Shown here: positions 14,774 to 26,700 of the stretch, piece after piece
Layout: each line of letters begins with the position of its first letter
Position numbering within the stretch: the first letter of the stretch is position 1
Assembly (NCBI RefSeq): GCF_902652985.1
Contig: NC_047025.1
Span: 40,114,001 to 40,178,000 of the forward strand
Length of the DNA: 64,000 nucleotides
DNA from: Pecten maximus
Taxonomy: Eukaryota
Reading direction: 5' to 3'
Made by a program: the position numbers and the translations under genes
The notes under the pieces: generated by a model
The model's input: the letters and a program-made list of their open reading frames with translations, nothing else
What the model was told of the DNA's origin: nothing
Database searches by the model: none

Positions 14774-17700
14774 TCAGTGCCAGGCTACATGGTCTCGAGA
14801 GGCGACTGGCGTGACCTTGAAGTACCTGACGCTTCCGCTGACACCCACATCCGGCTGTGCATTATTGTTGAAGCTTGGCTGCTGGGAGAGCGCAGCAAGT
14901 CCTGATAGGCGGTCCATATCCTGCTGGTGTGTGCCGTCCCCCTTCAGTACTGCCATACACCGCCAGCTGTCTAGGTAATTTGCTGATAATAACAAAGTAT
15001 ATTATACAAATATTTTCAAAAGTTGTCAGTAAACTCCAAAATTCACAAAATTTCACTATTTTTTTTCAAAAAAACAAAAAAAAAGAACAAAAAACAAAAA
15101 AGGAGCAAAAAAAAAGAAAAAAAAAAAAAGAGAAGCACCCTGTAATTGTTAAAGATGTCTAAATATCATTGCAAAGCAAATACAAAATTTTGCAAAATCA
15201 CTGATTCTCAAAATTCACCTAATACACATGACATTTAACCCCAATAATTCCTCTATCTGAAAAGTGAGAAGAAATTAAGCTGATATATTGTAGAATTTAT
15301 TCCAATTTTACGATGAAATCATTTTTAGTCAAATGGAGAAATCTTAAAAATGTTACATAAATTTCTCAAAGTCTAAAGTTTTTAACCCTAAAAATACAGC
15401 AAACATTTTAAATTCACAAAATCAGTAGGGTGTGTTGACATGTTTATAATAATACAAAGCAACGGTCAAAGACGGATACACCTAAGCAAAAAGGTATTAA
15501 ACGTCAGTGGGTAAAAAGTATGTTTTGTATGGACTTAGGATTTCATCAATTTCTATCTATATTTAAGTTTACAGTATTTGGTCACCTAATCACTGTTGAA
15601 TGATTGTAACAGTGTTTACCTTTCCAGAGTCGGACACAGCCATCATCACCTGAGGAGGCCAGCACTGTCCCGATCACATTCCAACATATTCTCCACACCT
15701 GTATCAATTAAACAGCATCAACTTTTAAACATGACATCAACTTTTAAACATGACATCAACTGTCAAACACGACATCAACTGTCAAACACGACATCAACTG
15801 TCAATCACGACATCAACTGTCAAACACAACATCAACTGTCAATCATAGCATCAACTGTCAAACATGACGACATCAACTGTCAAACACGACATCAACTGTC
15901 AAACACGACATCAACTATCAAACATGACATCAACTGTCAATCACGACATCAACTGTCAAACACAACATCGACTGTCAAACACGACATCAACTGTCAATCA
16001 CGACATCAACTGTCAAACAAAACATCAACTGTCAAACATGACATCAACTGTCAAACACAACATCAACTGTCAAACACAACATCAACTGTCAAACACGACA
16101 TCAACTGTCAATCATAGCATCAACTATCAAACACGACATCAACTGTCAAACACGACATCAACTGTCAAACACAACATCAACTGTCAAACACGACATCAAC
16201 TGTCAATCATAGCATCAACTGTCAAACACGACATCAACTGTCAAACACGACATCAACTGTCAATCATAGCATCAACTGTCAAACACGACATCAACTGTCA
16301 ATCATAGCATCAACTGTCAAACACGACATCAACTGTCAAACACAACATCAACTGTCAATCATAGCATCAACTGTCAAACATGACATCAACTGTCAAACAC
16401 GACATCAACTGTCAAACACGACATCAACTATCAAACACGACATCAACTGTCAAACAAGACATCAACTATCAAACACGACATCAACTGTCAATCACGACAT
16501 CAACTGTCAATCACGACATCAACTGTCAATCATAGCATCAACTGTCAAACATGACATCAACTGTCAATCATAGCATCAACTGTCAAACATGACATCAACT
16601 GTCAATCATAGCATCAACAGTCAAACATGACATCAACTGTCAAACACAGTATTAACTGTCAAACAAATCAAAGCCTAAGCAGTTGAAGCTGAAGAAATAG
16701 TATAACTTCATCTGAAGCTAATGATAACATTCTGTTTTAGTTCTCAAAAACATAAATTACATATTTATCACTAACAATTCTGGTAACAGGTAACATCTTA
16801 CCTCTGATTCATGATCAGTGAATTCTGCCACTCTTTTAATGGTGAATTTGTTGTTGTTTACTTGATTAGCTGCTAGAGGGGCATCCCGTGTACTGGAAAC
16901 AGCAATAAATATTTAACTGCTATAATTCACAGTGCATTTCTATTTATCTCAATTCATATTTCCTTGCTAAATCATCACAGAATCTCTGAATCACTGGATG
17001 ACATCAATATAAGTCTTGAGTGACTTCTGTGATGTATGGTGACGTTTTCCCATAACTGGAAATTATCATTCGCAGCTTTCCTCTTGTTGCACACACACTT
17101 TAGTATCATAAAGTTGTATTTACACTTCGAAAGTTCTATCATACTCTGAGCAATTCTTACAACTGGGGAAGTCTCATTAATATTAGATTGTAATCTCAAT
17201 AACACTTTAGAGTGACTTGGAAAGGGGCACTACCAAGTCTATTACCCTATAATATGATCAAAGGGAAATAACTCCACCATTACTCTACAGCAACTTTTAC
17301 AGTATGCGACTTTCCTCAGCCAATAATGTAAATTATACACGACTTTCCTCAGCCAATAATGTAAATTATACAGTGTACCTTTGAGGTACAATTAACCTGT
17401 AATGATACCTGAGAGGTGTAAGGCTGATGACTTTGAGATCTTTAGAGGCTACGGCCAGAAGGTGGTATGATCTGCCGAGGTTAGGAGCAAAGGCGATGTC
17501 ATGTACAGGATCTGTCACAATATTGATTGTTTCAACTTTCACCCATTTCCTGTAATGAATCCATTAACATACTAACTGTAAACATACATTAACAATTCAG
17601 CCATCGTTTCCTCCATTTTTAATACTCATTGTTTTCTCCATTTTTAATACTGCACTAAATCAATTTAAAAGTAAGATTTACTAAAATGCAGTAACTCATT

Positions 17701-20700
17701 ATCACACTATTATTCATCAAACAGACTATCTCTCTCTGTCTGTCTCACAATAATTCATCAAACAGACTATCTCTCTCTCTGTCTGTCTCACAATTATTCA
17801 TCAAACAGACTATCTCTCCCTGTCTCACAATAATTCATCAAACAGACTATCTCTCTCTGTCTCACAATTATTCATCAAACAGACTATCTCTCCCTGTCTC
17901 ACAATTATTCATCAAACAGACTATCTCTCCCTGTCTCACAATAATTCATCAAACAGACTATCTCTCCCTGTCTCACAATTATTCATCAAACAGACTATCT
18001 CTCTCTGTCTCACAATAATTCATCAAACAGACTATCTCTCTCTCCCTGTCTCACAATTATTCATCAAACAGACTATCTCTCCCTGTCTCACAATTATTCA
18101 TCAAACAGACTATCTCTCCCTGTCTCACAATTATTCATCAAACAGACTATCTCTCCCTGTCTCACAATTATTCATCAAACAGACTATCTCTCCCTGTCTC
18201 ACAATTATTCATCAAACAGACTATCTCTCTCTGTCTCACAATAATTCATCAAACAGACTATCTCTCTCTCCCTGTCTCACAATTATTCATCAAACAGACT
18301 ATCTCTCCCTGTCTCACAATTATTCATCAAACAGACTATCTCTCCCTGTCTCACAATTATTCATCAAACAGACTATCTCTCTCTGTCTCACAATAATTCA
18401 TCAAACAGACTATCTCTCTCTCCCTGTCTCACAATTATTCATCAAATAGACTATCTCTCCCTGTCTCACAATTATTCATCAAACAGACTATCTCTCTCTG
18501 TCTCACAATAATTCATCAAACAGACTATCTCTCTCTCCCTGTCTCACAATTATTCATCAAACAGACTATCTCTCCCTGTCTCACAATTATTCATCAAACA
18601 GACTATCTCTCTCTGTCTCACAATAATTCATCAAACAGACTATCTCTCTCTCCCTGTCTCACAATTATTCATCAAATAGACTATCTCTCCCTGTCTCACA
18701 ATTATTCATCAAACAGACTATCTCTCTCTGTCTCACAATAATTCATCAAACAGACTATCTCTCTCTCCCTGTCTCACAATTATTCATCAAATAGACTATC
18801 TCTCCCTGTCTCAATATAGTATTGTACAGCACATACAATATACACCATAAAGCAATACTACAAACAGTCCAACGTAAGAATTTATTTTAATTCTTGGGAT
18901 TACCTTGTCTTGTCGTTGTATTCGTAAATCTGAACTTTACCGCCGCCTGTTGGACTGGCATCATCACTTCCAACTGCTATCATCGGAGGGTGCATTCTAC
19001 AACAATAACAACATTTATGTACACAGTTTTCAGCAGTATCATCTCATTCTACAACAATAACAACATTTATGTACACAGTTTTCAGCAGTATCATCTCACA
19101 TTACTAACCGTTTTTTTTAAGTTTTCACTACAATATGGAAACTATCGGTACATACCGGACGTAGGAGGAAACTATCGGTACATACCGGACGTAGGAGGAA
19201 ACTATCGGTACATACCGGACGTAGGAGGAAACTATCGGTACATACCGGACGAAGGAGGAGGAAACTATCGGTACGTACCGGACGTAGGAGGAAACTATCG
19301 GTACATACCGGACGTAGGAGGAAACTATCGGTACGTACCGGACGTAGGAGGAAACTATCGGTACGTACCGGACGTAGGAGGAAACTGTCGGTACGTACCG
19401 GACGTAGGAGGAAACTGTCGGTACGTACCGGACGTAGGAGGAAACTGTCGGTACGTACCGGACGTAGGAGGAAACTGTCGGTACGTACCCGACGTAGGAG
19501 GAAACTGTCGGTACGTACCGGACGTAGGAGGAAACTGTCGGTACGTACCGGACGTAGGAGGAAACTGTCGGTACGTACCGGACGTAGGAGGAAACTGTCG
19601 GTACGTACCCGACGTAGGAGGAAACTGTCGGTACGTACCGGACGTAGGAGGAAACTGTCGGTACGTACCGGACGTAGGAGGAAACTGTCGGTACGTACCG
19701 GACGTAGGAGGAAACTGTCGGTACGTACCGGACGTAGGAGGAAACTATCGGTACGTACCGGACGTAGGAGGAAACTGTCGGTACGTACCGGACGTAGGGA
19801 GGAAACTGTCGGTACATACCGGACGTAGGAGGAAACTGTCGGTACGTACCGGACGTAGGAGGAAACTGTCGGTACGTACCGGACGTAGGAGGAAACTATC
19901 GGTACATACCGGACGTAGGAGGAAACTATCGGTACATACCGGACGTAGGAGGAAACTACATACCGGACGTAGGAGGAAACTATCGGTACATACCGGACGT
20001 AGGAGGAAACTATCGGTACATACCGGAGGTAGGAGGAAACTATCGGTACATACCGGACGTAGGAGGAAACTATCGGTACATACCGGACGTAGGAGGAAAC
20101 TATCGGTACATACCGGACGTAGGAGGAAACTATCGGTACATACCGGACGTAGGAGTAAACTATCGGTACATACCGGACGTAGGAGGAAACTATCGGTACA
20201 TACCGGACGTAGAAGGAAACTACCGGTACATACCGGACGTAGGAGGAAACTACCGGTACGTACCGGACGTAGGAGGAAACTATCGGTACGTACCAGACGT
20301 AGGAGGAAACTATCGGTACGTACCGGATGTAGGAGGAAACTATCGGTACATACGGGATGTAGGAGGAAACTATCGGTACATACCGACATAGGAGGAAACT
20401 ATCGGTACATACCGGACGTAGGAGGAAACTATCGGTACATACCGGACGTAGGAGGAAACTATCGGTACATACCGGACGTAGGAGGAAACTATCGGTACAT
20501 ACCGGACGTAGGAGGAAACTATCGGTACATACCGGACGTAGGAGGAAACTATCGGTACATACCGGACGTAGGAGGAAACTATCGGTACATACCAGACGTA
20601 GGAGGAAACTATCGGTACAATTACCTGGACATGTTCCATGACAGACAGCTACAGCTCAGTTTGGTCTGTATGTCGTTCTGTAGTGACCACTGACTCAGGT

Positions 20701-23700
20701 TCATCACATCTGGAGCCTCATATATTCTTACTGTTCCGTCAGCTGAGCATGTAGCCTGGAAAATAGGTATGTCTATCTCTGTGGAGTTATTCTCAAACCA
20801 CATGTTATATACACTATTTTGAGCAATTGAGATCATTTAGCACTTTGTGACATTTCAAAAATGGTGGTTCTTGTGGTTGTGTTGGCCACATCTTGGAGAC
20901 TTCACCAACCAGAAAAATTACAACTCTTGGTCAGGATACCATGTATCCACCTTGGCTAACCAAGGATGGTTACACTACATTTACCGTAGTTTTATCCTCA
21001 GTTAGCGAAGATGCCATGCATCAAGTACTCCAAGTAATAAAGTGACCAGTTGCCATAGCAACCATAATTTTGTGAAAAAGAAAGTGGCATGCACATCTAC
21101 ACATGGTCCTCTATATTTGTGTGAAGTTTAATTGAAATCGGCCCTTCGGTTTAGGAGGAGTTGTCCGGATAAACTTAAAGTTATGGCTCTTATCAGAAAA
21201 CCTGTTTATAGTGACCAGTTGCCATAGCAACCATAATTTTGAGAAAAAGAAAGTGGCATGCACATCTACACATGATCATTAATATGTGTGTGAAGTTTCA
21301 TTGGAATTGGCCCATCGGTTTAGGAGGAGTTTTCCGGACAAAATGCGTCTACAGACAAGCTAACCAAAGATGGTTACACTACGCTTACCGTAGTTTAACC
21401 CTCGGCTAGCAAAGATACTATGCATCAAGTATTCCAAGTTTCAATAAAATCTTATGAGCTGTATTTGAGGACAGCAATTTTAGATTAATATTTTCAAGAT
21501 AGCTGCCATGATGGCCATATTTGGACACCTGAGTGACCTGAAAATAGGATCACTTGGTTGTACTGTCATACATTCCTATAGTGTGGGACCGTGTACTGTC
21601 ATACATTCCCATGGTGTGGGATCGTGTACTGTCATACATTCCTATGGTGTGGGATCGTGTACTGTCATACATTCCTATGATGTGGGATCGTGTACTGTCA
21701 TACATTCCTATGGTGTGGGATCGTGTACTGTCATACATTCCTATGATGTGGGATCGTGTACTGTCATACATTCCTATGATGTGGGATCGTGTACTGTCAT
21801 ACATTCCCATGGTGTGGGATCGTGTACTGTCATACATTCCTATGGTGTGGGATCGTGTACTGTCATACATTCCTATGGTGTGGGATCGTGTAGTGTCATA
21901 CATTCCTATGGTGTGGGATCGTGTACTGTCATACATTCCTATAATGTGGGATTGTGTACTGTCATACATTCCTACGATGTGGGATCGTGTTCTGTCATAC
22001 ATTCCTATGGTGTGGGACTGTGTACTGTCATACATTCCTATGGTGTGGGATCGTGTACTGTCATACATTCCTATGGTGTGGGATCGTGTACTGTCATACA
22101 TTCCTATGGTGTGGGATCGTGTACTGTCATACATTCCTATGGTGTGGGATCGTGTACTGTCATACATTCCTATGGTGTGGGATCGTGTACTGTCATACAT
22201 TCCTATGGTGTGGGATCGTGTACTGTCATACATTCCTATGGTGTGGGATCGTGTACTGTCATACATTCCTATGGTGTGGGATCGTGTACTGTCATACATT
22301 CCTATGGTGTGGGATCGTGTACTGTCATACATTCCTATGGTGTGGGATCGTGTACTGTCATACATTCCTATGATGTGGGATCGTGTAGTGTGTACTATTG
22401 AAATCCTTAATAAAGCAGAACTGAAGTGCAAGTGTGAAATTGGTTGATTTGTTTTGAGTGTTAAGTTTGAAATCAAATGTTATAAAATGTTAAAGAATGG
22501 GCGAGGATCACAATAAGTCATTGACATGAGCGTTCCATTCGGGTCACCTAGCCTACTTAATATAATATAGAAGTAGTCTAGTACTATCACTCGGAGTAGA
22601 TATCAAGTGTGCTACTTTTTACAACAACTCAAATAAAACAATGAAACATAGAAATAGATGAAAATGTGTCTCACCAGTTGTAGCCCTAGATGCTTTGGAG
22701 CAAATTTCACATCAGTTACAGAGGTTCGACTGTCAACCAAACTTGACCTTTTCACCCAGTTGCTTTGGTTACCCTTGCCATACTCCCCAATAATCTCTTC
22801 CCAAACTGCAGCCGTCCGGTCAAACGAGCAGGTGGCAATGACTTGACCAAACTCCGGATGGGCCCAGGTCACTCGCCACACAGATCCACTGTGTGTCTGT
22901 ACAACAAATGTTTCCTTTTTTTATTTAGAAAATAACTCATTTTCTCATCCATTTGGATTACTTCTGATTATTCTGTAAATTTGTAGGTGTATAGAGAATG
23001 GACCTAATCTACCTGTACAGGTATGTAAATTCTGTTTGTAAGAAATCATTTTTTTAATATTGATGCCATTGTTATTTACCTAAAGCAGAGTTATATAACC
23101 TTACTTGCATAACACTGAACTAAATTAATCAAATCTGTATTTTTTAAAGTCTGATAAATAACAATCATTTTAGTACGACAACACTTGAGATATCTGAATA
23201 GCTTACCCTCCAACTCGCTGTGCAGTTCCACTGGCCATCTTCACCAAGATCCCAAACCTAAAGTACACAATTACAAGTGTAATAGACTCACAGGACTGTA
23301 ATATCAATGCACTAACTTTTAAGTGTTTTATAATGAAACAAAAACAATTTATATTAGCAATATCAAAATCTATTAGTACTATGTATTATGTATTACAATC
23401 GGCGGTGTGGAAGTTGAATTAATCTTAAACAGAATTTCAATTGATTTAGATTGGCTTGTTATTTTTGTTAAGATATGGAAACTCTGAAAATCTCCCTGGA
23501 GATGGTAAACCAGATGCAATTAATTTCCAACTAAATATGTTTTGATGACACATAGGAAGTCAAGAAATCATCAAATAGGCAAGCATAATGAGAAATAACC
23601 TGCTTCTTCATGTTTTCCTACATTAAGATAAAGGGAACTTTGTTTTCACATCAGTTGTGATTGGTGTTATTATCTATGTGGCACCCTGAAGTCTCCACTT

Positions 23701-26700
23701 TACTTAGCACTACCCCCTCCTTTCATTCTTTTCTTTTAAAGACAACCATCATATGATTATCCTAAAAATAAATAAATGTTGATGTGCATTTCCCCCAAAG
23801 TCGTTATGTTTTGTGACACCTTATATAATTAGCCGCTTGATAGGATGTAGCCTAGTCACCTGATGCACACTAAGCGATTGAAAAAGGTGCCGAAAGACGT
23901 TAGTACGTAAGAAAAAGTTAGCTTCAAATTAACAACACAGGACAAGGTCACTGCTACAGGGAAAAAAATGACAAGCCTGCCGAATTCACATGTATAGCGT
24001 CCACCAGTACGCCAAAAAAAATTTGGAAGGTTAACTTGAGCATATTGAACAAGTTTCTGCCTTGGAAGTAAAGGCTCACTCTAATCATGAAGATGTACCA
24101 GGAGATCAAGGTAATTCTATATCTACAAGTGAAACATTTTCCTAACCATGATAAATATAATGCTGCAAAGTGTGCAACTATCAAGTATGAACAAAATACA
24201 AATGGATATATCATATATAGCTCTCTCATTCCTTTTTCCATGGAGTTTTAATGGGTTCCAAAAACCATTTTTTTTGGAAATGGGTGGGGCCCCTTTTCGG
24301 ATCAAATTTTTTTAACCCAAAGGGGGGAAAGGTTGGTTGGATTTCCCAAAGGAATGGTGAATTGGAACTGTTAATTAGAGGCCAACTAAGATAACCCAGT
24401 AATAAAGTGACCAGTTGCCATAGCAACCATAATTTTGTGAAAAAGAAAGTGGCATGCACATCTACACATGGTCCTCTATATTTGTGTGAAGTTTAATTGA
24501 AATCGGCCCTTCGGTTTAGGAGGAGTTGTCCGGATAAACTTAAAGTTATGGCTCTTATCAGAAAACCTGTTTATAGTGACCAGTTGCCATAGCAACCATA
24601 ATTTTGAGAAAAAGAAAGTGGCATGCACATCTACACATGATCATTAATATGTGTGTGAAGTTTCATTGGAATTGGCCCATCGGTTTAGGAGGAGTTTTCC
24701 GGACAAAATGCGTCTACAGACAAGCTAACCAAGGATGGTTACACTACATTTACCGTAGTTTTATCCTCAGTTAGCGAAGATGCCATGCATCAAGTACTCC
24801 AAGTAACAATAAAATCTTAGTTGTATTTGAGGACAGTAATTTTAGATTAATATTTTCAAGATATATAGTTGCCATGATGGCCATCTTTGGACACCTGAGT
24901 GACCTGAAAATTGCATCACTTGGTTGGGATCGTCTACTGTCATACATTCCTATAGTGTGGGACCGTGTACTGTCATACATTCCTATGATGTGGGATCGTG
25001 TACTGTCATACATTCCTATGGTGTGGGATCGTGTACTGTCATACATTCCTATGATGTGGGATCGTGTACTGTCATACATTCCTATGGTGTGGGATCGTGT
25101 ACTGTCATACATTCCTATGATGTGGGATCGTGTACTGTCATACATTCCTATGATGTGGGATCGTGTACTGTCATACATTCCTATGGTGTCATACATTCCT
25201 ATGATGTGGGATCGTGTACTGTCATACATTCCTATGGTGTGGGATCGTGTACTGTCATACATTCCTATGGTGTGGGATCGTGTACTGTCATACATTCCTA
25301 TGGTGTGGGATCGTGTACTGTCATACATTCCTATGGTGTGGGATCGTGTACTGTCATACATTCCTATGGTGTGGGATCGTGTACTGTCATACATTCCTAT
25401 GATGTGGGATCGTGTACTGTCATACATTCCTATGGTGTGGGATCGTGTACTGTCATACATTCCTACGGTGTGGGATCGTGTACTGTCATACATTCCTATG
25501 GTGTGGGATCGTGTACTGTCATACATTCCTATGGTGTGGGATCGTGTACTGTCATACATTCCTATGGTGTGGGATCGTGTACTGTCATACATTCCTATGA
25601 TGTGGGATCGTGTACTGTCATACATTCCTATGGTGTGGGATCGTGTACTGTCATACATTCCTATGGTGTGGGATCGTGTACTGTCATACATTCCTATGGT
25701 GTGGGATCGTGTACTGTCATACATTCCTATGGTGTGGGATCGTGTACTGTCATACATTCCTATGGTGTGGGATCGTGTACTGTCATACATTCCTATGATG
25801 TGGGATCGTGTACTGTCATACATTCCTATAGTGTGGGATTGTGTAGTGTCATACATTCCTATGGTGTGGGATCGTGTAGTGTCATACATTCCTATGGTGT
25901 GGGATCGTGTACTGTCATACATTCCTATGGTGTGGGATCGTGTACTGTCATACATTCCTATGGTGTGGGATCGTGTACTGTCATATATTCCTATGGTGTG
26001 GGATCGTCTACTGTCATACATTCCTATAGTGTGGGATCGTGTACTGTCATACATTCCTATGGTGTGGGATCGTGTACTGTCATACATTCCTATGGTGTGG
26101 GACCGTGTACTGTCATACATTCCTATGATGTGGGATCGTGTTCTGTCATACATTCCTACGATGTGGGACTGTGTACTGTTATACATTCCTACGGTGTGGG
26201 ACCGTGTACTGTCATACATTCCTATGATGTGGGATCGTGTAGTGTGTACTATTGAAATCCTTAATAAAGCAGAACTGAAGTGCAAGTGTGAAATTGGTTG
26301 ATTTGTTTTGAGTTTAAAGTTTGAAATCAAATGTTATAAAATGTTAAAGAATGGGCGAGGATCACAATAAGTCATTGACATGAGCGTTCCATTCAGGTCA
26401 CCTAGCCTACTTAATATAATATAGAAGTAGTCTAGTACTATCACTCGGAGTAGATATCAAGTGTGTTACTTTTTTCAACAACTCAAATAAAACAATGAAA
26501 CATAAAAATAGATGAAAATGTGTCTCACCAGTTGTAGCCCTAGATGCTTTGGAGCAAATTTCACATCAGTTACAGAGGTTCGACTGTCAACCAAACTTGA
26601 CCTTTTCACCCAGTTGCTTTGGTTACCCTTGCCATACTCCCCAATAATCTCTTCCCAAACTGCAGCCGTTCGGTCAAACGAGCAGGTGGCAATGACTTGA

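Noticed and set aside
18894-26330. 300-600 aa repetitive ORFs ([32 protein letters not shown])
   Set aside because: 30- and 33-bp satellites within SEH1L introns, open in several frames on both strands.
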